Positions 27,965-36,681 of a DNA stretch of 38,060 nt are shown here, one piece after another; position 1 is the first letter of the stretch; every line of letters begins with the position of its first letter. The position numbers and the translations under genes are program-made. Below the pieces are notes generated by a model. It did no database searches, was not told where the DNA came from, and saw only the letters and a list, made by a program, of their open reading frames with translations. The stretch comes from Acidimicrobiales bacterium (GTDB taxonomy: Bacteria; Actinomycetota; Acidimicrobiia; Acidimicrobiales; Microtrichaceae), in NCBI GenBank assembly GCA_038245795.1, contig JBBRSC010000001.1, positions 1 through 38,060 of the forward strand, given 5' to 3'.

Positions 27965-30654
27965 GCGACGACCTCTGAGCTTTCTGTGTGAAGAGTTTTC
28001 TGGCCGGGCTTCTCGAACGTCACGGGATCGTTCCCACGGGACGCCGACAGCCACTCGCCGGTCCTCGATCGTCGCGCCCAGCTCCCGGTGTCGTCATCTC
28101 GAGCGACCGCCGTCACCCAACCATTCCCGAACAGGCGAGTGAGCACGGGGTTTCTCGCAAGGACCGACTCCAGCAGCGATGTCGGCGCCTCCACCACCAG
28201 CAACAGCCGCATCGGCTCGTGCACATCGATGCCCCTGTTCGACACCGACTCGACTGGCAACCCCGAACGAAGGTCTCCCCCCGAACCCTCCAACACGCCA
28301 AGATCTCCGATCACGTTGTGGAGGGGCTTCACCCCGGCTCCGAATGTCCCCCGCTCCACCGTCGAAGCGAAGTACTGCGAGCTGATCCAGTGCGCCACGA
28401 CCATGGGGCCGGTGAGAAGTGCTTCAAGTACCGTGCCCGAACCATCCTCGGCGGCCTCGTAGGAATGTAGAAACACCCGCCGCCCGAGATCGACACCGGA
28501 CGTCAGTGTTCGAGGACCCACGACGAACGCTGCGTTGTTCGCCAGACCCCACTCGGGAACTACCTGCGCCCAATCGTCCGCCCGAGCACGGATGCTTCGC
28601 AGGCTCGAGGTTCGGGTCCGTCGTCGCCGTGAGCCCAGCGGTTGAACCAGCGTGGTGGAGCGCTCCAGGGCGAGCGCTCCACCAGCGCGGTCGAGCGCCA
28701 ATTTGAGCGCCGCGAGTTCTGCGCGATGCGATTCCGGTACGTCATCGACATCCAGGAGGATGATCTCATCGGTTGTGGTGTGGTGCTCCCCCGCCACGAA
28801 GTAGGTGTCGCCGAAGTCCGTTCCGTGTGCAGCCAGCGCCGCCCGTACCGACGGTCGATTGAGCAGCGACGCCGCCGTGCGTGCGTTGTCCCCACCGGCC
28901 CGACCGCCGCACGCCCCGCAATCCAACGCCGACCGAAAGGGATTGTTGATGTGGTGGCTGCCGTGGCCACACAGGAGCACCAGCCGACCGAATCCGCGCC
29001 GCTGGCCCAGGGTTGTGACGATCACATGCGCGGTCGCAATTTGATCCGCCAGATCCATCCCAGTTCCGTTGCCCTGTCGATCGAGTCCCATGCGGGTCAC
29101 GATCGGCGGCACACTTCGCCGGCGGACCGATCGTCGAAACGAGCCGTACAGGCGCGGGGAGGCCGTGGCCAACATCGCCAGCGGACCGAGCACCCACCCG
29201 GCGGTCTCCGCCAGGCTGAACTTCGTCGCCGAGTTCGCCTTCGCTTCCTTCCAGGCGTCCGTGAGCGAGTCCGCCATGTTCAGACCCTCCGCATGCCGCT
29301 CGGTCTGGTCGCCGATCGGCACCTCAGCAATGACCGTTCGCGGGTTGAGGATCACCGGGCATGAGGCTTGGGCGGCGCCGGCATCGAGCGGTTCCACCGC
29401 GACCGGCAACCCGAAGAATCCCGCGTAACCAACGGTCTCGACGGACTCTCCCAATTCGGATTCGAGATGTCGACGGAGCCCCTCAGACCGCGGATCGATA
29501 CAGAAAACGGCGGTGAAGGTTGGCCGCGCATCAGTGTCGACGGGTATCGCCGAGGGCCTCGGGGGGTCATCCAACGAGGCGAGCAGCCCGAGCCGATAGT
29601 TGGTTTCGTAGGCGTCCTGCCAGATTTCGAATCGAGCAGCCATCGGCACAAGATCAAGAACCCGGCGAACGGCAGCCAACGTCGGCAACGAGACCGCGTC
29701 GGGCGCTTCAGGGCCCGCAATGACGAGCGCGTCCAACACCCGACGCGCCCGTTCCTCACCGTCCGGCATGGGAGCAACTGGGGCACCAGCGCTCGCTGCC
29801 TGATCCGCGACACGCCGTAACAGACCCTCCTCGACCGCTGCCGCCTCGACTGCGAGTCGCAGTGCGAGGAAGTCCACGAGTCGGTCCGGCCCGTTGGCTC
29901 CCGGACCGGTGAGCGCCCCGGCCCAACCCGCCAAGCGGCAGAGATGTCGTTGGAAGTACTCGATCTGGTCGTGTTGCTCGACTGCGAGCAGGACGAGGAG
30001 TTCGAGCAGCGCGTCGTCGGCTCGTGCGGGGAGCGCCGAGACGAATCGCTGGGCATCCGATCCCGCTAACCGCGCAAGACCCGGATCGCGACCAGCGAGT
30101 CCCCGCCATGCTTGGTACAACCCGCCATCTCGGTTCGGCATCGACCACGGCGCCGTGTCATCAAGGAACGATGCCATCCACCTCGCGACATAGGCATCGA
30201 TGCCGTCTGCCAGAGATGAACCGGTGGCATGGTCGACCCATTCGGCTCGCGTGATCGGAACCAGTCGCGCCTCATCGATCGATGGCCCGACCAGGAGATC
30301 AAGTCGCACCAGATCCACCGGATCGATGGCATAACCGGCGATCCGCACAGTGCCCCCGGTGCGGAGTTGGGGGAAGCGTTCCGCGATGGCGTCGATGAGG
30401 TCCGCATCAGAAATACGACCGGCCAAATGCAACTCGCGCCAACGTTGTTCGGTCATCGACATCGTCACCCCGCGGAGCCGCCGAGCAGCGTTCACGGCCA
30501 ATTCAACGGGGAGGTCTTCGAGGCCCGTCAACGGGTTGACGGCGACGAATCGCTGCACCGGCCACACTGGGGGGAGGATCCGTGCGGCAATCCCGACCCG
30601 CGCATGGATCCGACCGCGACGCTCATTGTCCGTCGATGTGTTCATGACGTTCAT
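27961..30654 (-). CDS. dabA: DabA (DUF2309/PF10070), beta-carbonic-anhydrase-like subunit of the DAB/MpsAB inorganic-carbon pump
   Basis: 897 aa. QRFVAVNPL N-terminal block. Zn-site motifs FCIDPRSEGLRRHLE (Cys385/Asp387 by my count) and CGHGSHHINNPFRSALDCGACGG (His564/Cys579). Overlaps the 3' end of the NuoL-like gene. Confidence 0.85.
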   Translation of the reverse strand: MNVMNTSTDNERRGRIHARVGIAARILPPVWPVQRFVAVNPLTGLEDLPVELAVNAARRLRGVTMSMTEQRWRELHLAGRISDADLIDAIAERFPQLRTGGTVRIAGYAIDPVDLVRLDLLVGPSIDEARLVPITRAEWVDHATGSSLADGIDAYVARWMASFLDDTAPWSMPNRDGGLYQAWRGLAGRDPGLARLAGSDAQRFVSALPARADDALLELLVLLAVEQHDQIEYFQRHLCRLAGWAGALTGPGANGPDRLVDFLALRLAVEAAAVEEGLLRRVADQAASAGAPVAPMPDGEERARRVLDALVIAGPEAPDAVSLPTLAAVRRVLDLVPMAARFEIWQDAYETNYRLGLLASLDDPPRPSAIPVDTDARPTFTAVFCIDPRSEGLRRHLESELGESVETVGYAGFFGLPVAVEPLDAGAAQASCPVILNPRTVIAEVPIGDQTERHAEGLNMADSLTDAWKEAKANSATKFSLAETAGWVLGPLAMLATASPRLYGSFRRSVRRRSVPPIVTRMGLDRQGNGTGMDLADQIATAHVIVTTLGQRRGFGRLVLLCGHGSHHINNPFRSALDCGACGGRAGGDNARTAASLLNRPSVRAALAAHGTDFGDTYFVAGEHHTTTDEIILLDVDDVPESHRAELAALKLALDRAGGALALERSTTLVQPLGSRRRRTRTSSLRSIRARADDWAQVVPEWGLANNAAFVVGPRTLTSGVDLGRRVFLHSYEAAEDGSGTVLEALLTGPMVVAHWISSQYFASTVERGTFGAGVKPLHNVIGDLGVLEGSGGDLRSGLPVESVSNRGIDVHEPMRLLLVVEAPTSLLESVLARNPVLTRLFGNGWVTAVARDDDTGSWARRSRTGEWLSASRGNDPVTFEKPGQKTLHTESSEVVA

Positions 30655-32137
30655 CCTTCGACCGGACCGAGGTCAGCGGGGCTGGGCGACGGGCCGTGTC
30701 GCGACGGCCCGGATCGCCGAGGTCAGCGCACCTGACCCACAGTGTGTCGACGAGGCGACCAGGTCGCTTCCCCCACAACATGATCCATCCGGCAACGCAC
30801 ACGGCGAGCACCAGCGCCGCGCTCGTCTCGACGAACGCGCCGCCCGCGATGTCGCCGTTGATACTCCCGACGGAACCACCGACCCGCAACGCCGCTTCGA
30901 TCGCGTCGACCGCAAAGAGCCACATCGTCACGCTCACGATGAGCCCAACGGCCGCCAGGGCGGTGCGGGTAACACCATGACTCCGACGTCCCCACACGAT
31001 CGCCGATTGGAGAACGAGGGCCGACAGCAACGCGAGCGGAAGCCAGCCAGCGTCGTGGCGGAGTATGTCGGGCTCCACGATGAGGACGACCCCGGTCATC
31101 AACAGCGCCGCGACTCCCACCGGCACCGCAATTGCGGCGACCGAGGGATTCGGCAGCTTCCGTCCAGCTCCCTGGCGTCGCTGCTCGGTATGAGCGACTG
31201 TCGAGCCACTTTCGAGGAACAGGTAGGCCTTGAACATTCCGTGTGCGATCAGGTGAACGACGGCCGGGCCCAGCAATCCGAGGCCGCACTGGACCGTCAT
31301 GAACCCCATCTGGGCGATCGTTGACCAGATGAGCGCCCCCTTGACGTCCGCCCGGGTTCTCATCACGGCAACGCCGATGATCACCGAGCAGATCCCGAGC
31401 ACGAGGACGGTCGCCTGCACGATCCAGGACGTCGAGACGACCGGTGCGGATCGAATCAACAGAATGCCGCCGCCGTTGACCACTCCCGCGTGCAGGAGCG
31501 CCGACACCGGGGTCGGCGTATCTACTGAACGACGAAGCCAACCATGGAATGGAACCAAGGCGCCTCGTGTGCTGGCAGCGACGGCGAGCAGCAGGCCGGC
31601 GCTGATCGTGAGCAGCACGTGGTTCGGTCGTGACGCAAAGCCGTCCGCCGCACGGGCACCTTCTGCAGAGCTCAGAATCCACGCGGCGCCGATCATCGCG
31701 ACGTCTCCGATGAGGAACGTTCGTTGCGCTGAACGGCTCGCGGCGCGTCCGCCTGCTCGACCGTCATGTCGCAGGACCAACGTTGTGGCGGCGCTCACCG
31801 CCAACCAGGCCACGGTCATCGCCCACCAGGACGCTGCCAACGCAACACCGACCGTCGCCGCGCCGACGAGGGCGGCCGCTGGGAAGAACCGCTCGCCATG
31901 CGGTTCGGCCGCCAGCGAGCGGCGAGCAAAGGCGTGAACAAGCAAGGTCATCGCGCACACGAACACCCCCAGTGCCGACCCGAATCGATCCGCATTCAGG
32001 ATGGGCAAGCTGCCGAGGTGCACGGCCACTGGTGAATCACCAGCGAGGACGAAGAGCGCCGAACACGCCACGAGCCCACCCGACACCGACGCCATCGGAA
32101 GGAAGACCTGTGCGGGGCTCGACACACGGGAAGACAT
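30623..32137 (-). CDS. dabB: DabB (NuoL/MrpA-like proton-conducting membrane subunit, PF00361-type)
   Basis: 504-aa polytopic protein with NuoL-like blocks (WLRRSVDTPTPVSALLHAGVVNGGGILL, AQMGFMTVQCGLG, HLIAHGMFKAYLFL). It sits immediately upstream of DUF2309 and no other nuo genes are present. Confidence 0.8.
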   Translation of the reverse strand: MSSRVSSPAQVFLPMASVSGGLVACSALFVLAGDSPVAVHLGSLPILNADRFGSALGVFVCAMTLLVHAFARRSLAAEPHGERFFPAAALVGAATVGVALAASWWAMTVAWLAVSAATTLVLRHDGRAGGRAASRSAQRTFLIGDVAMIGAAWILSSAEGARAADGFASRPNHVLLTISAGLLLAVAASTRGALVPFHGWLRRSVDTPTPVSALLHAGVVNGGGILLIRSAPVVSTSWIVQATVLVLGICSVIIGVAVMRTRADVKGALIWSTIAQMGFMTVQCGLGLLGPAVVHLIAHGMFKAYLFLESGSTVAHTEQRRQGAGRKLPNPSVAAIAVPVGVAALLMTGVVLIVEPDILRHDAGWLPLALLSALVLQSAIVWGRRSHGVTRTALAAVGLIVSVTMWLFAVDAIEAALRVGGSVGSINGDIAGGAFVETSAALVLAVCVAGWIMLWGKRPGRLVDTLWVRCADLGDPGRRDTARRPAPLTSVRSKDERHEHIDGQ

Positions 32138-32144
32138 TCGCCCT

Positions 32145-32173
32145 ATCGTAACTTACGATTTTTAATTCGTCAA
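32145..32173 (-). promoter_or_regulatory. Near-consensus promoter of dabB, leaderless geometry
   Basis: The minus strand reads TTGACG-N17-TACGAT, then 7 nt (AGGGCGA), then ATG 32137. It sits in a locally AT-rich 64-nt gap. The palindrome CGTAAcTTACG (32147-32157) overlaps the -10. Confidence 0.5.
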
Positions 32174-32201
32174 TTATTCTTCGGTAGTTGCAGTGGTCAT
32201 G

Positions 32202-33830
32202 TCATCCCGACCGAACCGTCCGATCCGCCACCCTCGCCGCGTCAGCCTGCCGATCGGCGAGCCGTTCCAAATCGGCGGTCAGGCGTTGCCCATCAAGGTC
32301 TCCGGCGCTCGCCAGAATTCGCGCAGCCAGCAGCCCGGCATTGCGACCGTTGTCGATGGCGACGGTTGCCACCGGAACACCCCGCGGCATCTGCACGATC
32401 GACAACAACGAATCGAGACCCTGAAGATGACGGAGCGCGACCGGCACGCCGATCACGGGCAACGTGGTCACCGCCGCCAACATCCCCGGGAGGTGCGCCG
32501 CTCCCCCAGCGCCGGCGATGATCACGCGTAACCCCCGAGCCGCCGCGGCTCGTCCGTAGGCGATCATGTCGTCGGGAGTCCGGTGGGCAGAGACCACTCG
32601 AATCTCGGTTGGCACGCCCAGCTCAGCCAATGCCTCGACTGCCGGGCGCATCACCTCGAGGTCCGAATCACTCCCCATGACAATGCCAACGACCGCGCGC
32701 ATCATCAATGTGTCAGCACGCTGATGCGCCAGAACCGTGGTAACCGCCAAGGAGTCGCCCAGCGCGGTGACATGGCCGATCTTGCGCCCGGTTCGCGGGG
32801 TCTTGTGATAGTCGTGGACGAACTCGACGTCCGATGGTGGGTCATCGAGCACACGCGGGTACGGCTCCTCCGACGACGCGATCAGGTTGACCATCGTGGC
32901 GGCGGGAACGACAAGATCACACGACCCCAGCGCCATGCCCGCCACCGCCCGTAGGTGATTCTCGAATTGTGATGTGCGGCAGGCCTCGATGGTGAGGTGT
33001 CCGCTGTTGTGGGGGCGCGGCGCCACCTCGTTCACGAGGAGCTGACCATTGACGACGAACATCTCCACGGCCATCACCCCGACCGCTCCAATCACCTCGG
33101 CCACCCGTCGCGCGAGCTGGTCCGCGGCCATGACCAGTGCCTCGTCGAGTCCGGTCGGCATGCTGACTTCGCGGCAGATGCCGTCGGTCTGGGTGGTATC
33201 GACCAACGGATAGGTGTCGATCTCGCCGGTCCGCCCCCGGACGGTCAGTACGGCGATTTCGGCATCGAGTTCGAGGTGAGGTTCCACCACCATCAACGTC
33301 CCGATGTCATCGAGCAGTTGCTCCGCCTCGCTCCGTCCCGACACCACGAACACGCCCCGCCCGTCATAGCCACCCCGTGGCAGCTTCATCACCAACGGCC
33401 ACCCGAATTCGGCCGCGAACTCGGCGATCGCGTCGAGACCGTCAACGATCGCAAAGGGGGGAACAGCAATGCCCAACTCGGCGAAACGCTGTCGCTGATA
33501 CGCCTTGTCCGAGAACGCCAGGACCGATGAACTGGGGAACACCACATGACCGGCTGCCTCGACTGCGTCGATGGCCGCAACGGTTGCATCGTCGACCGGC
33601 TCATGGTCGAAGGTGACGACATCGACCTGCTCCGCGAATGACAGGAGCGTCGCAGTATCCAGCCGGTCGGCTCGCTCGACGGCCACGCCGAGCCCCGCAA
33701 CGCTCTCGTCGTTGGTTCGGGCCAGCACCCGGGTCGTCATGCCCATGTCGACCGCCGCCTCAACCATCATCATGGCGAGCTGACCACCCCCGACAATGCC
33801 CACTGACGGGATCCCGACGGAAGGGATCAC
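32202..33830 (-). CDS. purK-purE: Fused N5-CAIR synthetase (PurK, ATP-grasp) and N5-CAIR mutase (PurE, class I)
   Basis: Single 542-aa frame. The N-terminal part has [10 protein letters not shown]..., then the ATP-grasp body. From the Met-Met at 32705 the C-terminal 167 aa read [11 protein letters not shown]...VVSAHRTPD...[13 protein letters not shown] (PurE). There is no stop between the domains. GTGA overlap with the wHTH stop. Confidence 0.85.
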   Translation of the reverse strand: MIPSVGIPSVGIVGGGQLAMMMVEAAVDMGMTTRVLARTNDESVAGLGVAVERADRLDTATLLSFAEQVDVVTFDHEPVDDATVAAIDAVEAAGHVVFPSSSVLAFSDKAYQRQRFAELGIAVPPFAIVDGLDAIAEFAAEFGWPLVMKLPRGGYDGRGVFVVSGRSEAEQLLDDIGTLMVVEPHLELDAEIAVLTVRGRTGEIDTYPLVDTTQTDGICREVSMPTGLDEALVMAADQLARRVAEVIGAVGVMAVEMFVVNGQLLVNEVAPRPHNSGHLTIEACRTSQFENHLRAVAGMALGSCDLVVPAATMVNLIASSEEPYPRVLDDPPSDVEFVHDYHKTPRTGRKIGHVTALGDSLAVTTVLAHQRADTLMMRAVVGIVMGSDSDLEVMRPAVEALAELGVPTEIRVVSAHRTPDDMIAYGRAAAARGLRVIIAGAGGAAHLPGMLAAVTTLPVIGVPVALRHLQGLDSLLSIVQMPRGVPVATVAIDNGRNAGLLAARILASAGDLDGQRLTADLERLADRQADAARVADRTVRSG

Positions 33831-34153
33831 GATCTGATCTCAGGTGGTGGCGCCATAACTGCCTTCAGGAGTACACCGACACGATGGCTGGACTCCACCG
33901 GGTGTCGCAGCCGTAATTTGTCATTCACCGTATAGCTGTTTCTTCGACCCACGCGCTCCCGCGTGAGATACCCCTCATCGATCAGGTCCGCGATGATCTT
34001 CTGCGTTGACCGTTCGGTGATGCCAACCCGTTCGGCGATTTCCCATCCCCGGAGATCTGGATCTTCCGACAGGCAGACCAGCACGTGGCCGTGGTTCGAC
34101 AGAAACGTCCAGGACGGACGATCCTCGGGATCGCTTGCAGCGGCTCTGCTCAC
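33827..34153 (-). CDS. Winged helix-turn-helix transcriptional regulator (ArsR/MarR-like)
   Basis: 108 aa. [39 protein letters not shown] is a typical HTH plus wing. GTG start at 34153. Confidence 0.65.
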   Translation of the reverse strand: MSRAAASDPEDRPSWTFLSNHGHVLVCLSEDPDLRGWEIAERVGITERSTQKIIADLIDEGYLTRERVGRRNSYTVNDKLRLRHPVESSHRVGVLLKAVMAPPPEIRS

Positions 34154-34159
34154 CTATGA

Positions 34160-34188
34160 AGACTATCTCATGATATCGACTGCGTCAG
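34160..34188 (-). promoter_or_regulatory. Candidate leaderless promoter of the wHTH-purKE unit
   Basis: The minus strand reads CTGACG-N17-TAGTCT, then 6 nt, then GTG 34153. The imperfect palindrome ATcTCATGAtAT lies within the spacer. Confidence 0.4.
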
Positions 34189-34209
34189 TGAGTCTCGTTC
34201 TTCGGGTTA

Positions 34210-34650
34210 TCAGGTTCCGAAGACTGAGCGGATCTTTGCGCCAGCGTCGTTGGCGCGGGACCTGAACGTCTCGAGGTCGATCTTGTCGCGTGCCCCGGCC
34301 TCGACCGCGGCCAGCTGGTCGAGCAGCGCGCTTCGATCGGCGGCGACGATCCACGGCGCCTCATCGAGGAGGGTCTGAAGTTGCGTACGATCCCCTGCCA
34401 GCGGCGACAGAACTCCGGCCGAAATGCTGTCGCCGCCGCCGCCGATCGCCTGCTCATATTCGATGTCGAGCCGCTCGATACCCGTCGCAACGTCGGCAGC
34501 CGAACTGCGCACTGACACCACACGATCCTGGATGGACGGCACCTGTTGGCGCCCGACCGCCCAGCCGATTCCCAGCCCGACCACGAGCGCAGCGACCGCA
34601 GCGATCACGGTGCGGCGAGTTCGGCGACCAGAGGAAACATAGAGGGCCAT
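34210..34650 (-). CDS. Hypothetical membrane-anchored protein (single N-terminal TM helix plus helical domain)
   Basis: 146 aa. RRTRRTVIAAVAALVVGLGIGWAV forms the anchor. The start overlaps the upstream stop (TGATG). I recognise no family. Confidence 0.5.
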   Translation of the reverse strand: MALYVSSGRRTRRTVIAAVAALVVGLGIGWAVGRQQVPSIQDRVVSVRSSAADVATGIERLDIEYEQAIGGGGDSISAGVLSPLAGDRTQLQTLLDEAPWIVAADRSALLDQLAAVEAGARDKIDLETFRSRANDAGAKIRSVFGT

Positions 34651-36665
34651 CAGCGAGAGCTTCCTACGAGATAGGTGACGTCAGCCCCGGCGTAGGGGTT
34701 GGCGGCCGCGTTGAGCGTCGCCAGTTCAATGACGTGTCGATCGTCGATGATCCACACGGTCGGACGCAAGGTGACCGGTCCGCGGAAGCGGGTCAGCCGC
34801 TCGATGGTTTCACCCAAATCTGCTTCGGAGGACATTTCTCCTGCGACCGACACCACGTCATCGCCATATCGGTCGAGCACATCAAGCGTTGCGCCATCAT
34901 GCACCAGCCAGTAGCGACCCGTTGCCAAGACTGGCTGATCGGGGAAGCGGTCGACCATGTCGTGATGGCTCAGCTCCGATCGCCCCGGCAGGGCCCCCGA
35001 CATCAGCCCGACCGCGCCCGTAGCAACGGCCCGCATGGTGCTCCGTTCCGGAACCTCCTCGACGCGCACCTCGATGCTGGTCGGGCTGGCACCAGCGTTC
35101 AGCACCTCGCGTTCGACCTCGTCAATCATCGCGGCGATCACGTCCGGGTGCAGACCGTCGGTCGTTCGTTCCCGCTCGGCTCGCAGTAACGACAGCGCAT
35201 CCCCGATGGACGAGATGACCTCGGCGTGATCAGGAATCACGAGGTCCCAACCGAGCATCGTCGCCACGTACCGTGCCAACCCGCCGGCTCCGCCGCCAAC
35301 GCCCACCAACGAGGGCTCCTCCAGTTCAGACGACTTCGCAACCGTCAACGCCAACTCGCAGATCGCCTCACCTGATGCGGTCAGCATGTGGGTCGCGATC
35401 GTGTGAGCATCGAGACGCATCATCTCGGCGGCAACTTCGAATGCCGCCAGCGAGGCAGCGGGCGGCGCGTGGCAGTAGTCACCAGCAACCGTGATTCCGA
35501 GAGCGTTGGCAGCGCAGGTATTGGTGAGCGCAATGCGTCGACCGTCCGCCAACCGCAGAGTCAGGTAGTCAGCCGGATCCCCGGGGAGCGCCGCGACCAG
35601 TTCCGCTATCGCTCCATCGAGTTCGGCGACGTCGAGATAGCTGGCGTATGCCAAGCCCGCAATATGCGCCGACCTCGGCCCCACGCCGTACACCCGACCA
35701 TGTCGAACCCGGAGCATCGATCCACCAGCGACTCCGACGACACGCACGTCGACGGAGCGCAGGGCCGTGGCATGTGAGGCGACGCGCACGTAGGACAGCG
35801 AGGGCCGACCGTTGCGGATGGCCGCGATGTTGGTGGAGGTCCCGCCGATCTCGACAACGATGGCGTCGGTCACGCCGGTGTACCGCAACGCCCCTGCGAC
35901 CGACGCTGAGGGACCGGAATACAGCGTTCGCACCGGGGCCGCACTGAACCCCTGCAGGTCCGTTGCCCCACCGTCGCTTCGCATCACCATGATCGGGGCC
36001 TCGATCCCGGCGGCCTTCACGCCACGTTGGACGAATTCCGCGGTGGTCATGGCGATCGGCAGGATCGACGCGTTCAACGCCGCTGTCACGGCACGGAGTT
36101 CCAAGCCGTAGAGACCACTCAGCTCGGTCGAGGTACACACGGGGAGCCCGAGTTCACGTGCCATCTCCGCCACCGTTGTCTCGTTGGTGTCGTCGTCGGG
36201 GGAGAAGGCTTCGGCCACACAGACCGCTGAGACTCCTGCGTCGACGAACCCGACGAGCGCTCGACGAATGTCTTCGACCGGCAGCCCATCGGTGACATCG
36301 AAGAACGAGTGTTTGACGGGAAGCCGTCGGCCGGGCGACAACTCGACATTTCCCAATCGGGTGCGTTTCTCGACAGCTTTGAGATCGGGTCGGCGGCCGA
36401 GACCGACCATTCCCACGGTCCCGACGTCGCCCTCGAGCAAGGCGTTCACGGCCTGGGTGGTCGAGTGGGTGACGAGATCGATCTGATCTGCGCCCACTTG
36501 ATCGGCGAGCTGCTTCACTGCCTCGACCACGCCGACCGCGACACCGTCGTCGGCGGAATGCGAGGTGGGCACCACACTCGATGCCACGATCTCGCGGGTC
36601 AGGAGATCCACGGCGACCGCTTTGGTGAAGGTTCCCCCGACATCGACACCAACGCGTACGCCCAT
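34650..36665 (-). CDS. Hydantoinase/oxoprolinase family protein (HyuA/A-subunit-like)
   Basis: 671 aa. N-terminal RVGVDVGGTFTKAV (sugar-kinase/HSP70/actin-type phosphate-1 motif of Hydant_A_N), and a second GGTSTN motif mid-protein. Confidence 0.7.
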   Translation of the reverse strand: MGVRVGVDVGGTFTKAVAVDLLTREIVASSVVPTSHSADDGVAVGVVEAVKQLADQVGADQIDLVTHSTTQAVNALLEGDVGTVGMVGLGRRPDLKAVEKRTRLGNVELSPGRRLPVKHSFFDVTDGLPVEDIRRALVGFVDAGVSAVCVAEAFSPDDDTNETTVAEMARELGLPVCTSTELSGLYGLELRAVTAALNASILPIAMTTAEFVQRGVKAAGIEAPIMVMRSDGGATDLQGFSAAPVRTLYSGPSASVAGALRYTGVTDAIVVEIGGTSTNIAAIRNGRPSLSYVRVASHATALRSVDVRVVGVAGGSMLRVRHGRVYGVGPRSAHIAGLAYASYLDVAELDGAIAELVAALPGDPADYLTLRLADGRRIALTNTCAANALGITVAGDYCHAPPAASLAAFEVAAEMMRLDAHTIATHMLTASGEAICELALTVAKSSELEEPSLVGVGGGAGGLARYVATMLGWDLVIPDHAEVISSIGDALSLLRAERERTTDGLHPDVIAAMIDEVEREVLNAGASPTSIEVRVEEVPERSTMRAVATGAVGLMSGALPGRSELSHHDMVDRFPDQPVLATGRYWLVHDGATLDVLDRYGDDVVSVAGEMSSEADLGETIERLTRFRGPVTLRPTVWIIDDRHVIELATLNAAANPYAGADVTYLVGSSR

Positions 36666-36681
36666 GAGTTCGCGCCCCGGG

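Noticed and set aside
27584-27991. 135-aa plus-strand ORF starting inside the 22-bp hairpin
   Set aside because: It is antisense to the P-II-like gene. Its start lies within the inverted repeat and it has no recognisable fold signature.
33789-33830. Tandem [10 protein letters not shown] duplication at the extreme N-terminus of PurK
   Set aside because: It is an imperfect 15-nt repeat (about 10 of 15 identical) that may lie upstream of the true start; an internal GTG at 33803 gives VGIVGGGQ. It is probably a start-site ambiguity rather than a functional repeat.
34197-34223. 7-bp inverted repeat TCTTCGG-N13-CCGAAGA overlapping the stop of the 146-aa gene
   Set aside because: The stem is short, the loop is large and it partly lies inside the CDS. 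This is too weak to call a terminator.
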